Source: a virus
Taxonomy: Duplodnaviria; Caudoviricetes
Reading direction: 5' to 3' (one strand)
DNA: 64,000 nucleotides
Virus record (IMG/VR): IMGVR_UViG_3300047334_000093
Span: 524-64,523 of that record
The notes beneath the pieces were generated by a model. It had not been told where the DNA came from, searched no databases, and was given only the letters and a program-made list of their open reading frames with translations. A program made the translations under genes and the position numbers. Shown here one piece after another: positions 1 to 8,772 of the stretch (positions are counted from its first letter, which is position 1; each line of letters begins with the position of its first letter).

Positions 1-358
1 GTAACCCTGGGCCGTTGCAATCCTCATCATTTTCGCCTGGCGCATCAATGATATAATCTAGCGTGCAGCCCATGCCGTTAGTCGTCGGATCAGTAACGTA
101 TCCGCCCTTGCGGATCGTCCATCCTTCTTGTTCCGCTGCGGCATTTGCAATAGCGGCTTCAAGCCGTAACCCCCATTGGATGCGCTCGCCTTCAACTTTT
201 GGCGGTGGCGCTAACCCGGCCTTGACGTGCCAAAGTGCAAATTTAGAAAGTGCATATGCGGGTTGACAATCAAAAAGCGCGGCGCATTCCGAACCGCCAA
301 CGTTAGCGGCGCGAAGCGCGTGCCATTCAGCTTCATTTTCAAATGGGCTGCCGCTCAT
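1..358 (-). CDS. YqaJ/lambda-exonuclease-like recombinase, N-terminal part (runs off window start)
   Basis: Manual translation from ATG at 358: MSGSPFENEAEWHALRAANVGGSECAALF...FALWHVKAG...WGLRLEAAIA...GCTLDY; W..LR...GGS and G..LE motifs are typical of YqaJ. Not in the ORF track because it has no stop in the window. Confidence 0.8.
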   Translation of the reverse strand, partial: MSGSPFENEAEWHALRAANVGGSECAALFDCQPAYALSKFALWHVKAGLAPPPKVEGERIQWGLRLEAAIANAAAEQEGWTIRKGGYVTDPTTNGMGCTLDYIIDAPGENDEDCNGPGL

Positions 359-633
359 GCCAGGCCCCAGAACACCCACCACGGCATCCGGCGCCGCCGC
401 GCAGCTTGTTGCCGCGCGGCTTCTTCATCGTCTTCACGTGCCGCTCTGAGAGCTATCCGGTAGGCCCTAAGCGCGTAAGCCAGGTCGTGCTCTCCGATGT
501 GAGCAGCGCGCTTAATCCACAACTCCAGCCCATTTTCAACTTCCAGCCGACGATCAGCCGGTAATACGTTTTCGGCCAGCGCTGGCGACAAGATCGCGTC
601 AATCGTAGCGCGCGGAAATGCGATTACGGTCAT
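355..633 (-). CDS. hypothetical protein
   Basis: ATGA-coupled to neighbours at both ends; start MTVIAFPRA at 633. Confidence 0.65.
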   Translation of the reverse strand: MTVIAFPRATIDAILSPALAENVLPADRRLEVENGLELWIKRAAHIGEHDLAYALRAYRIALRAAREDDEEAARQQAARRRRMPWWVFWGLA

Positions 634-872
634 TGGATGGTTTCTCCTTGGCTCGTAATTTTTTCGTTGGCCGCACTTATGAATGTTTTTGCCGATAAAC
701 AAAGTGTTTCGTGCAAAAGCGTAGGCGCGCAGTTTTGCATCACTAATTCAATAAACGAAATCGTAGCAAATACCGAACACATGACGGCTTCGCCCTGATC
801 AATGTCTTTTGACACTTTCAGCAAAGCGTTTGCCATCTTGCTTGCAAGGTCGGCGCGTTGTTGATCAGTCAT
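630..872 (-). CDS. hypothetical protein
   Basis: 80-aa ORF in a coupled minus-strand operon. Confidence 0.6.
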   Translation of the reverse strand: MTDQQRADLASKMANALLKVSKDIDQGEAVMCSVFATISFIELVMQNCAPTLLHETLCLSAKTFISAANEKITSQGETIQ

Positions 873-1036
873 TCGACAACCCCCCCGTGTTTTTCTATAA
901 CTTGCTCGACCAACGAAACCGGAACATTACCGAGCGGATAAAACTTGCGGAAATATGCGTTCACGACGTCCATATTGACTTCCTAATTTTTAATTCCAGC
1001 ACAATTCTGCGCAGATGCGCGCGGCGAATTGCCGCG

Positions 1037-2062
1037 TCATGGCTCACATTCCTCAAAATCTCCGCTATCTTTAAGTTTGTATGTCGTGTCGGGTTTTATG
1101 CCCTCTGGACCACCAACTTTAGCAGTTTTGACCATTTGCAATTGCCATTTATAGTCTTCACCTTGTTTCCATAGCGCCAATACGATCCACCCATCCACGC
1201 TAGCTTTCGCTGTTGATTGAATTCCTAAAGAAGCAGCAATGGCATTCTTCCCGCTAACCGCCGCGTGGCCACTGTAGCCCGTCGCCGCCGCGTGGCCCCT
1301 GTCGCCCGTCGCCGCCGCGTGGCCACTGTAGCCCGTCGCCGCCGCGTGGGCCCTGTCGCCCGTCGCCGCCGCGTGGCCCCTGTAGCCCGTCGCCGCCGCG
1401 TGGCCGCTGTCGCCCGTCGCCGCCGCGTGGCCGCCGTAGCCCGTCGCCGCCGCGTGGGCCCTGTCGCCCGTCGCCGCCGCGTGGCCGCTGTCGCCCGTCG
1501 CCGCCGCGTGGCCCCCGTCGCCCGTCGCCGCCGCGTGGGCCCCGTCGCCCGTCGCCGCCGCGTGGGCCCTGTCGCCCGTCGCCGCCGCGTGGCCCCTGTA
1601 GCCCGTCGCCGCCGCGTGGCCCCTGTCGCCCGTCGCCGCCGCGTGGCCCCTGTAGCCCGTCGCCGCCGCGTGGCCCCCGTCGCCCGTCGCCGCCGCGTGG
1701 CCGCTGTCGCCTTGACCTATATTCCCCTTAGCGGAATTCACAATCCAATCAACAGCGCGTTTGATAATTTCAGGAAGTTTTATTTCTGCCCGAATAGTTA
1801 TTTCTGCCGCCGCAATTTTTGTGTCTTCTTCTTCTGCGCGATCAATGGTTCCACGCATTTCAACAGATGCGTAAACGCTTGTGCTTAATGGATAATAACG
1901 AAAAACATCAAGCGGCATTTCAACTGCGTGAAAACCTTCTTTGGTGCACCGAACAACTTTTCCGTCGTGCTCATAAGTTTTTCCAATCTCAAACTGAAAC
2001 CCACGGCAGGTCATGTCCTTGTTGAAGCCCTTGATGGCTTCAATTGGCATTTTGTAGTTCAT
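1037..2062 (-). CDS. phage repeat protein ([16 protein letters not shown] family, DUF7666-like) with 9-aa solenoid repeats
   Basis: N-terminal [20 protein letters not shown]...[13 protein letters not shown], central (GxxxHAAAT)x17, C-terminal [14 protein letters not shown]. Confidence 0.8.
   Translation of the reverse strand: MNYKMPIEAIKGFNKDMTCRGFQFEIGKTYEHDGKVVRCTKEGFHAVEMPLDVFRYYPLSTSVYASVEMRGTIDRAEEEDTKIAAAEITIRAEIKLPEIIKRAVDWIVNSAKGNIGQGDSGHAAATGDGGHAAATGYRGHAAATGDRGHAAATGYRGHAAATGDRAHAAATGDGAHAAATGDGGHAAATGDSGHAAATGDRAHAAATGYGGHAAATGDSGHAAATGYRGHAAATGDRAHAAATGYSGHAAATGDRGHAAATGYSGHAAVSGKNAIAASLGIQSTAKASVDGWIVLALWKQGEDYKWQLQMVKTAKVGGPEGIKPDTTYKLKDSGDFEECEP
1253..1711 (-). repeat. 17 x 27-nt coding tandem repeat
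   Basis: Unit encodes G-[DY]-[RGS]-[GA]-H-A-A-A-T; counted from the translation. Confidence 0.95.
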
Positions 2063-2340
2063 GCCAGCGACGCCACAACGACGTGATCCGTTACGTCTGC
2101 GACCACGACAACCGTGCCGCCGCCAGTGCCAGAAACCAGCACAATGTCCCCAACGGCAAGCATGTCGCGTGCATCGTCAAAATATCCGACTGACTTAACA
2201 CCCGCCAAACCATCGGCGCGATAGTGCCACAACGTAAAGCCTTGAGCGTAAGCCAACACGCTCAGGTGCCTTATTCCAAACGGCACGTTGTGCATAACTT
2301 CCTGCGTGATAGCATTTTCGACAGCGCGGTTGCTAGTCAT
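2059..2340 (-). CDS. conserved hypothetical protein (LSVLAYAxGFTLWHY family of Rhodospirillales/Acetobacteraceae)
   Basis: Motif LSVLAYAQGFTLWHYR...GYFDDARDMLAVGD; GGGG RBS upstream of ATG 2340. Confidence 0.7.
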   Translation of the reverse strand: MTSNRAVENAITQEVMHNVPFGIRHLSVLAYAQGFTLWHYRADGLAGVKSVGYFDDARDMLAVGDIVLVSGTGGGTVVVVADVTDHVVVASLA

Positions 2341-2465
2341 TGGTTTTTCCCCGTGTTGGTGAAAATGATGAAACCACGCCCGGCTTGATGGGTCAACCAT
2401 TAAATTGGTGGAAAACCCATATTTTTTCTGTTGACGAAATTGTGGCGCTTGTGGATCATGCGGGC
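2341..2465. promoter_or_regulatory. divergent promoter region 1
   Basis: Plus strand TTGACG-N17-GATCAT ending a few nt before ATG 2466 (near-leaderless); minus strand TTGACC-N17-TTTCAT ahead of gene 2340. Confidence 0.55.
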
Positions 2466-2669
2466 ATGGACATCAAGGACATCATATCAGCCGGCGGCGG
2501 GGCGTCTAAGTTAGCTCGCGCGGTCGGGAGAACTCCCGCTAGCGTCGCGCAATGGAAACGTGTGCCGCGTGAGCTAATTGCAAAAGTCTCAAGCGTTACG
2601 GGCATTTCGCGCGAAAAAATAGCGCCGGATGTTTTTGCGGAGTTGCCGGCAAAAGAGGAAAAAGTATGA
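2466..2669 (+). CDS. Cro/YdaS-like HTH regulator
   Basis: MDIKDIISAGGGASKLARAVGRTPASVAQWKRVP...TGISREKIAPDVF is a typical Cro-like pattern. Confidence 0.85.
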   Translation: MDIKDIISAGGGASKLARAVGRTPASVAQWKRVPRELIAKVSSVTGISREKIAPDVFAELPAKEEKV

Positions 2670-2974
2670 GCACATACGCAAATCTTCACCCCGCCAGTCA
2701 GGTTCTGATGTGGGCGTTTGACCGCACGATGGGGGCACCGGAAGAACGGCAGGAAAAAGCTGAGCGCTTAGCGCAATGGATAATGACGTGGCGGCCAAGT
2801 GATCCACCGAAAAAGGCTGTTTACAACCCTGCTGAATCGCTGGAGGAATTTATTAGGGCGCTAGATCAGGTGACTCAGTCTAGGCTGTCAACGCTTGCGG
2901 AAACGATTAACAGCTGCGATGGTGAACAAAAAATGCGCAAGCAGGCCATTATTGACTTAGCGTTAAACACGTGA
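2666..2974 (+). CDS. hypothetical protein
   Basis: ATGA-coupled to the cro-like gene. Confidence 0.65.
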   Translation: MSTYANLHPASQVLMWAFDRTMGAPEERQEKAERLAQWIMTWRPSDPPKKAVYNPAESLEEFIRALDQVTQSRLSTLAETINSCDGEQKMRKQAIIDLALNT

Positions 2975-3017
2975 GTTCATTATCACCAAAATTCAGTGAT
3001 TTTTTGCAGAGGGAAAA

Positions 3018-3275
3018 ATGGGCACCCGAGAAAAATACTTTGATTGGCCGGCCAACCCTTGGGCAATTGAGCTTATAAAAACAGAGTGGGCAAAAGGCAC
3101 GCCAGCAAAAAATATTGCCGAAATGATCGGCGTGAGCAACTCCGCAGTTTTGAGCAAGGCACGCTACTGGGGTTTAAAAGCTCGGCCGCGCGGCTGCAAA
3201 CCGGGTGCAATGCCAAAGGGCCTGCAAAACTATGTGGAGCGCAAAAAAGCTCAGAAAGAAGGAGCGCAGCTTTGA
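3018..3275 (+). CDS. short GcrA-like HTH protein
   Basis: W...IELIKTEWAKGTPAKNIAEMIGVSNSAVLSKARYWGL resembles the GcrA N-terminal HTH; GAGG RBS. Confidence 0.7.
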   Translation: MGTREKYFDWPANPWAIELIKTEWAKGTPAKNIAEMIGVSNSAVLSKARYWGLKARPRGCKPGAMPKGLQNYVERKKAQKEGAQL

Positions 3276-3697
3276 AGCCGTTTAGCTGGGACAACGAAGC
3301 AATTTTGAACCTCACGCGGTTATGGACTGAAGGACACACGTGTGTGGCTATAGCAAAAGCAATCGGCGTTTCAAAATGTGCGGTTGTTGGCAAAGCACAT
3401 CGGCTTAAATTGACTTCGCGGCCAAGTCCAATTCAGAGCGGATTGGGTAAACGGCCCGAAGCAATGGCACGGCCTAAAAAAGCGCCGATTATTTTGCCAG
3501 TTACGACGGCAAATTTTTCCCTAATTCGCACACGTAAAAACGAACCATGTTGCTATGCCACCGAAACTGGCGTTGACGTGCCGGGGAAGAGGTGGAAATA
3601 TTGCAACGAACCAACTAGCAATGGTCCATATTGCGCAAAGCACTCAGAAAAAATGTATGTGTCAAAAACACCAACTTTAAGGAGCGGTTATGTATAA
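3272..3697 (+). CDS. gcrA: GcrA cell-cycle regulator homologue
   Basis: WDNEAILNLTRLWTEGHTCVAIAKAIGVSKCAVVGKAHRLKLTSRPSPI plus C-terminal CC..YC...PYCAKH; TTG start overlaps upstream TGA, GGAG RBS. Confidence 0.9.
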   Translation: MKPFSWDNEAILNLTRLWTEGHTCVAIAKAIGVSKCAVVGKAHRLKLTSRPSPIQSGLGKRPEAMARPKKAPIILPVTTANFSLIRTRKNEPCCYATETGVDVPGKRWKYCNEPTSNGPYCAKHSEKMYVSKTPTLRSGYV

Positions 3698-3833
3698 ATG
3701 GACTGCTATACTCGGCATATGGTTTGTTGTCAGCACCATATTTGCGCTTCTTATCGCTAAAATAATCAAGCGACGAGTTGAAAATCAAATCGTTTTGGCG
3801 TGGGACGAAGAATCAACACGCAATCTGCGTTAA
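3690..3833 (+). CDS. small single-pass membrane protein
   Basis: Manual ORF MYKWTAILGIWFVVSTIFALLIAKIIKRR..., AAGGAG RBS. Confidence 0.55.
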   Translation: MYKWTAILGIWFVVSTIFALLIAKIIKRRVENQIVLAWDEESTRNLR

Positions 3834-3845
3834 TAGGATTATAAA

Positions 3846-4466
3846 ATGTCTTGGACTCCAATTACTCCGATTGATACCCGAATTCGTCACGTCGTTAAGG
3901 CAAAGTTGCGGGTTTCTGCTCAAAAGCAAAATGCCAAACGATTTTTGTCTGTTATAATTTTTCCAGAAAAGATCGACGAGGTTCTCGCGTGGTGGAAACC
4001 TGGAGCGCGTGTCGACGCTTTTATCGGGCAAGACGCGCACACAGGGCGGATTAAAATTGAAGTAAAAAGCGCTGGTCCGCATCGGTTGTCAAAAACCAAC
4101 GGCACTGGCACCGCGTGTTGTTTGCGGGTGCCGGTGTTTGAGTGGATTGATGCCGAGGCGCACGAAACCGAACTTGTCGGGTTAGATTACGACGGCAGTT
4201 GGTTGGAATTCCAGTTGCCAGAATGGGCACGAAAACCCGTCGCCGTAAGCGCCTACGATTTGGGAAAGCGGCTTGCTGAAAAGCCCTTTGCACCAGTGCG
4301 GGAACTTGAGAAAGCATTTGCTGGTCGGCCAGAACCGATTGTTGATCCCACCGCGCCAATAGTGGTCGCGCCAAAACCGGCGCAAAAAAAAGGCTTCCAA
4401 ATGTCCGCAATGGAGGGACCTGACCCAATGGTTGAGGCAAAAATCGCCAACGTGCGCCAGCCGTGA
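3846..4466 (+). CDS. hypothetical protein
   Basis: 206-aa ORF, AGGA RBS, in operon. Confidence 0.7.
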   Translation: MSWTPITPIDTRIRHVVKAKLRVSAQKQNAKRFLSVIIFPEKIDEVLAWWKPGARVDAFIGQDAHTGRIKIEVKSAGPHRLSKTNGTGTACCLRVPVFEWIDAEAHETELVGLDYDGSWLEFQLPEWARKPVAVSAYDLGKRLAEKPFAPVRELEKAFAGRPEPIVDPTAPIVVAPKPAQKKGFQMSAMEGPDPMVEAKIANVRQP

Positions 4467-4720
4467 GGGGAAATCCAGAAACCAATGCCCGCACCAAGGT
4501 TTTGATGCGGGCGGTTGGTCCGCGCGTTCGTCAGGCCCGAAAACGCATGGGCATGACGATGCACGCTCTTGCTGAGCAGTGCGGCGTCACCAATCAAACA
4601 ATTCAGCGCATTGAGGCCGGGATATGCTCGCCATCTCTCGGGCTCGTTCCGGTATTGTGCGCGGAGTTGCGGGTGCCGGCGGACTGGTTGCTCGGCACGG
4701 CGATCGTTGATGCAGACTAA
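4463..4720 (+). CDS. XRE-family HTH regulator
   Basis: GPRVRQARKRMGMTMHALAEQCGVTNQTIQRIEAG...PADWLLG. Confidence 0.85.
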   Translation: MRGNPETNARTKVLMRAVGPRVRQARKRMGMTMHALAEQCGVTNQTIQRIEAGICSPSLGLVPVLCAELRVPADWLLGTAIVDAD

Positions 4721-4913
4721 GGTGACTTTGGCTTTGCCGATTGGCGAACCGGCAAACGATATTCCGCCTCCGAAATGCGATATCTGCGGAACGGATTGTC
4801 CAAACGAATGGGCGTGGGTACAAGCAACAAGTCACGCGCAGGCGCGGTTTTGCATCCCATGCTGGCAGATTGAAGTTTTGCCGCACATGCTGGGAGAAAA
4901 ACACCGTGGCTGA
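4710..4913 (+). CDS. small zinc-finger-like protein
   Basis: CDIC...FCIPC pair; overlaps neighbours. Confidence 0.55.
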   Translation: MQTKVTLALPIGEPANDIPPPKCDICGTDCPNEWAWVQATSHAQARFCIPCWQIEVLPHMLGEKHRG

Positions 4914-5184
4914 TCAGCAACTTGTCTCCATCGTCGACCGAATCGTGCGGTTAATGGAAGAAAAGAAATCCCTACAGGACGACATCAAGGACATTTACGC
5001 CGAGGCAAAAAGCGCAGGCCACGAGGTTAAGGCGTTGCGGGTTGTCGTTAAGCGTCGGATGGAAACGGCCGACCAGCACGCCAAGCGAAAACTGGTCGAA
5101 GATGTCGTGGAGCTCATGGAAGCGCAGCTCGGAGATTTTAAAACAAGCGAGCTTGGCAAAGCGGCTTTGCGAAGTGTGGCGTAA
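4906..5184 (+). CDS. gapR: GapR/DUF2312 family nucleoid-associated protein
   Basis: QLVSIVDRIVRLMEEKKSLQDDIKDIYAEAKSAGHEVKALR matches the DUF2312 pattern; GTG at 4906 after GGGAG. Confidence 0.9.
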   Translation: MADQQLVSIVDRIVRLMEEKKSLQDDIKDIYAEAKSAGHEVKALRVVVKRRMETADQHAKRKLVEDVVELMEAQLGDFKTSELGKAALRSVA

Positions 5185-5696
5185 TGGCGATACTGCCGGA
5201 ACACCGTTTGCAATCGGCCGGCGTGCAATGGCTGCGCCGATGGATACCACCGCCCGGGATGGTTTGGAGCGTCGACTGGCCCTGGCGCAATCAGGGCGGC
5301 GTGGTCGACGGAAGCATTCTCAAATCTCGCGGCGTGAGCGCCGACGTGCATGATACGCACTTTTTGCTTAAAGGCATGTTTCGCACGATAGAATGGAAAT
5401 ACGGAGATGGGCGGCCGAGCGCTGGACAAAAACATTTCGGCGTCGGACTGCGGATGAACGGCGGAGATTGGCGGGCGTGCTGGCTAGTGGAGGATGCCTG
5501 CGCTTGGCTGCTTGACGAATGGGCGCTTCCAAAATCAGCCGCGCTACACGCCATGGAGCTTGATGCTAAATGGCAGGCGGCAATACCGGGTGGTGCAGAA
5601 AAACCGCCTGGCGTAGCCACGAGAGCAAGAGCAATGCTGTTTACCGAAACCGAGTTAGCGTTGCAGGAAAAACTCAATGAAGCGCTTCCCTTCTAA
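5184..5696 (+). CDS. VRR-NUC-like PD-(D/E)xK nuclease/resolvase
   Basis: EHRLQ...GVSADVHD...IEWKYGDGRPSAGQK motif arrangement. Confidence 0.65.
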   Translation: MAILPEHRLQSAGVQWLRRWIPPPGMVWSVDWPWRNQGGVVDGSILKSRGVSADVHDTHFLLKGMFRTIEWKYGDGRPSAGQKHFGVGLRMNGGDWRACWLVEDACAWLLDEWALPKSAALHAMELDAKWQAAIPGGAEKPPGVATRARAMLFTETELALQEKLNEALPF

Positions 5697-5835
5697 ATCC
5701 GTGCGCAGTGGAAAATACATTGTAAAGCGGCCCAGCACGGCCGAAACGAAACTAGGCAATCGCATTAGCCTGTTGATGTGCGGAGTTCCGGAAGAACGGA
5801 TTGCGGAAATTTTGAAAAAGCCCGTTACCAAGTAA
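5677..5835 (+). CDS. small hypothetical protein whose stop codon is supplied by the IS end
   Basis: Manual ORF MKRFPSKSV...LKKPVTK*, TAA lies inside GTAAAC. Confidence 0.5.
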   Translation: MKRFPSKSVRSGKYIVKRPSTAETKLGNRISLLMCGVPEERIAEILKKPVTK

Positions 5836-5915
5836 ACGAACCGTCAGCTAAAGCAGACGGCTTTGCTCTACAACATTTAAGCTGCGAGCATTTCAGGATG
5901 GTTTACTGCACCCCT
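5812..5915 (-). ncRNA. predicted TnpB omega/reRNA (scaffold ~5832-5915, guide from flank ~5812-5831)
   Basis: Overlaps tnpB 3' end; internal GTAAAC can pair with terminal GTTTAC; terminal hairpin; this geometry is established for IS605 reRNAs. Confidence 0.6.
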
Positions 5916-7075
5916 TGCGAGGATAGCCCGTTGTCGGATCACCCTCGCTGCGTTCAAGTCGGCATTCGCTTCGTGCGAACAGCCGATGCATTGGAAGGTT
6001 CCTTGGTTGGGGCGGTTGCGCTTGTCGATACAGCCACATTCGGCGCACTGCCGAGATGTGTTGCGCGGATCAATGCAGACCAGCGGGACACCAGCGAGCC
6101 GCGCCTTATAAGCACAGAACTCGCCAAGCTGCCCGAAGCCCCAGTTGCCAAGCCGTGCTCGTTGGTCGCTACCTCTGGCCGAGACCCGTTTGCGGATGCC
6201 TTTCAAATTTTCAAGGACCAATCCGCGCCCGGTGCGTTGAGCTTTACCGACAAGCACCTTCGAAATGATGTGGTTTTGTGCGGTTTGATATCTCCGTTGT
6301 TTGCCGGCAAGTTTCTTCAGTCGGCGCTTCGCGGCGCGCGTGCCGCACTTCTGCAAGCCGCGACGGCGCTTTTGGATGCGTTGTCGGCGCTTCTCAATCT
6401 TAGAGCCAGAGTATGTAATGCCATCGCTGTCGGACGCCAATTGCACGATGCCGAGATCAACGCCGAGCCAGTCTTCGGCTTTGAACTTATCGGTCTCGGG
6501 CACATCGCAAGTAGCGTTTAAGAACCATTTGCCCCGCACGAGGCAGAGGTCGACTTCGCCCTTCCTGTAAACCATCAAACGCCGCTGATGTTCGCCCATG
6601 ACGATATCGATTGTAATCCGGCCCTCAACGGTCCAAAGGTTCACACGACCGTCTTTGGTGAACCGGATGATCCGATCGTCGTAAGGCTGGGCGGCGTCGG
6701 GCCGAAACACCGGAGCAACATCACTGTTAACCTTGAACGCGTCCGCAACCTTAGCGATCGACCGAACCGACGCTTGAGCGGTCAAGCCGAACCGCTCTTT
6801 AAGAGCCGCGTATCCGAACTTGTGGAGATGGAATTGCCGAAAAGTTTGACTGTCGAACCCCATTTGCCCAAGCCAAGTGCACGCCGCGTTGCACCGATTA
6901 AGCGTGGCCGTCAACACGGCAGCTTGCTCGGGCGTCGGCAGAATTTTGAGGGCGGCGACCAGCTTCATTCTTCATATATAGACGAAACGGGTGTATCAGT
7001 GCAAGAGCTAAACGCTGCCGATTTTCTCGCTATCCCTCCGCTGCCTAAAGGCAGCGGTTTCGCGCGGAGGAACAT
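5832..7075 (-). mobile_element. IS200/IS605-family tnpB-only element (IS1341-like)
   Basis: Left-end hairpin CCGCTGCC-TAAA-GGCAGCGG (~7038-7057), right-end hairpin CCGTC-AGCTAAAGCA-GACGG ending GTTTAC on minus strand; TTCAT target motif adjacent; no tnpA. Confidence 0.85.
5877..6968 (-). CDS. tnpB: RNA-guided endonuclease TnpB
   Basis: RuvC triad GVDLG / LENL / NADLNAA and zinc finger CAECG...CIGC all intact. Confidence 0.95.
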   Translation of the reverse strand: MKLVAALKILPTPEQAAVLTATLNRCNAACTWLGQMGFDSQTFRQFHLHKFGYAALKERFGLTAQASVRSIAKVADAFKVNSDVAPVFRPDAAQPYDDRIIRFTKDGRVNLWTVEGRITIDIVMGEHQRRLMVYRKGEVDLCLVRGKWFLNATCDVPETDKFKAEDWLGVDLGIVQLASDSDGITYSGSKIEKRRQRIQKRRRGLQKCGTRAAKRRLKKLAGKQRRYQTAQNHIISKVLVGKAQRTGRGLVLENLKGIRKRVSARGSDQRARLGNWGFGQLGEFCAYKARLAGVPLVCIDPRNTSRQCAECGCIDKRNRPNQGTFQCIGCSHEANADLNAARVIRQRAILARGAVNHPEMLAA

Positions 7076-7408
7076 ATGAACCGCCCCGCGCCACCACTGA
7101 AACATTGGGGCACGCTTACGCTCACGCGCAACCCTGATCGCACATACGTCGGAAGCGGCACGATGCACGGCATGACATATTGCGCCGAACTGGCGCCGGG
7201 TTTGTGGCTGCGCTTTTGGCATCAGGACAGCGGCCAATATGGCCGGGGGCGCATCGAAAGGCAGCTTGAGAAATTCGACTGGGGATACGGTTGCGCCGCA
7301 ACGCTAGACGGTTTTCCGTATATCGTCGCGGCGTTTTTCCGAGGCGGAAACGTCGTGGTGGAGATGTGGGCAGAACCGCCGTTGCAGTGTTTGCATTCGG
7401 AAGAGTAA
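7076..7408 (+). CDS. hypothetical protein
   Basis: 110-aa ORF; GGAGG RBS supplied by the IS end. Confidence 0.6.
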   Translation: MNRPAPPLKHWGTLTLTRNPDRTYVGSGTMHGMTYCAELAPGLWLRFWHQDSGQYGRGRIERQLEKFDWGYGCAATLDGFPYIVAAFFRGGNVVVEMWAEPPLQCLHSEE

Positions 7409-7409
7409 A

Positions 7410-7796
7410 TTAAAGGACTCGTTCAAACCGCATCAGCTCGCGGTTGTTTTTAGGCTCAACGCGCCGCACTAACCCGCGCTCAATCAGCCGAGCAAGTGAA
7501 GATCGCGCGATTTCTTGATACCGCGTACCGCCGCGCGCCCGTGGCTCGTCTTCGCCACGCCGCATGGCGCAAATGGCATCCGCGATGTCAATCAGCGTCA
7601 TCGGATCGCGGTAGGTCGACAGTATCTCTAAGATTTGCGTGCCAGTCGTGCGGCGCGCTGCGCCAAGCCGAGTTGGCGCCTCATAACCCTCCGCGCCTAT
7701 GTGGCCCAAAGCTGCCTCAACGGCCTGCCGAGCCATCTGCAGGGCCGCCAGCGCGTCCGTGAGGGCGCTGGCGGCGGGCGATACCGTGACAGTCAT
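7410..7796 (-). CDS. putative winged-helix DNA-binding protein
   Basis: ILEILSTYRDPMTLIDIADAI...ARSSLARLIERGLVRRV. Confidence 0.6.
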   Translation of the reverse strand: MTVTVSPAASALTDALAALQMARQAVEAALGHIGAEGYEAPTRLGAARRTTGTQILEILSTYRDPMTLIDIADAICAMRRGEDEPRARGGTRYQEIARSSLARLIERGLVRRVEPKNNRELMRFERVL

Positions 7797-7807
7797 TTTT
7801 GTTTCTC

Positions 7808-8350
7808 TTAAGCTTTTACGATGTAAAAATCAGGACGTTCATATTCGTTGTGTTCTAAAACATATGGTTCGTCCTCCGAATATAATTCTTCAATCGCTTC
7901 AATCGCTTCAATCGCTTTAATCGCTTCAATCGCTTTAATCGCTTTAATCGCCTCGGCTGATCCGTCAAACGTCGGTGCATCATCCCAATCGTAACCGCCA
8001 AACATGCGGAATTTATCGCCATTGCCGCAGCTATCTTGCATGTGGTGATGAACCAAAATCTTGACGGCTCCGGCAAAATTATCGCCTACTTCAACGATTC
8101 CCTCTTTCCCCATAACGGCAACCTGCTCAAGCCATGACGCAAGGTCTTGCTCATCGGCAGATGTGTCGCCAATGGCGTAGTGCGTTTTAGCGTTATTGCC
8201 ATACGCGATGGCGCATTTTCCATCGTCAAAATTCCACGCCTCGACAAACCCATAATTTTGGCCAGATGCAGACGTAAATTCCGAATCTGAATCAACTTCT
8301 TTAAACCGCATTGCGCGGACAATGATTTCAGCTTTTTCTGCGTCGGTCAT
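7808..8350 (-). CDS. acidic hypothetical protein with 9-nt VNTR
   Basis: 180-aa ORF, GAGGA RBS, own promoter. Confidence 0.7.
   Translation of the reverse strand: MTDAEKAEIIVRAMRFKEVDSDSEFTSASGQNYGFVEAWNFDDGKCAIAYGNNAKTHYAIGDTSADEQDLASWLEQVAVMGKEGIVEVGDNFAGAVKILVHHHMQDSCGNGDKFRMFGGYDWDDAPTFDGSAEAIKAIKAIEAIKAIEAIEAIEELYSEDEPYVLEHNEYERPDFYIVKA
7892..7954. repeat. 7 x 9-nt tandem repeat (AATCGCTTY)
   Basis: Encodes (A-I-[KE])n in gene 7808-8350. Confidence 0.9.
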
Positions 8351-8510
8351 GGTGGTTATCCTCGGTTGATGGATTAACCATAATCCTCACGAGGATGCGC
8401 TGTCAACCTATATCCGCGCATTCGCGAGGATTTTTTTGCGTCTCGGGTGTCGCAAAGTTGGGGCGCCGGGTGCGGTTGACGTCGAATTAAGGCTGCGTTA
8501 GATATTTTGC
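8351..8510. promoter_or_regulatory. divergent promoter region 2 with palindromic operator candidate
   Basis: Minus TTGACA-N18-TATGGT (8406-8377) with ATCCTCACGAGGAT (8383-8396) in the spacer; plus TTGACG-N17-TAGATA just before ATG 8511. Confidence 0.6.
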
Positions 8511-8738
8511 ATGGCAAACGATCGAGACCGCACCGTCAATATAGCAATTGATGCCGCTGGCGGAATAGCGGCTTTAGCGAACCTTTGTGGAGTTTCAGCG
8601 CCTGCAATATACCATTGGCGCTTTGTCCCGCCATGGCACATGCGGCGCATTTCAGAGGCAACCGGGTTGCCGTTTGATCAACTGGTACCGCGAATGAGCG
8701 CCAGTCCGTATAGCAAACGCGATCAAGACGTTTGCTGA
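8511..8738 (+). CDS. second Cro/YdaS-like HTH regulator
   Basis: AIDAAGGIAALANLCGVSAPAIYHWRFVP...ISEATGLP. Confidence 0.85.
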   Translation: MANDRDRTVNIAIDAAGGIAALANLCGVSAPAIYHWRFVPPWHMRRISEATGLPFDQLVPRMSASPYSKRDQDVC

Positions 8739-8772
8739 TTTTTGTCTGAACCATTTTTCGGGAGTCGATGCA

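Noticed and set aside
1253-1711. Possible CRISPR array
   Set aside because: Units are contiguous 27-mers with no unique spacers and lie in frame within a protein; no cas genes seen.
1265-1888. Arg-rich ORF (VARRRR)n on the plus strand
   Set aside because: Antisense shadow of the repeat gene 1037-2062.
5778-6521. 247-aa plus-strand ORF
   Set aside because: Antisense to tnpB; such shadow ORFs are common on tnpB genes.
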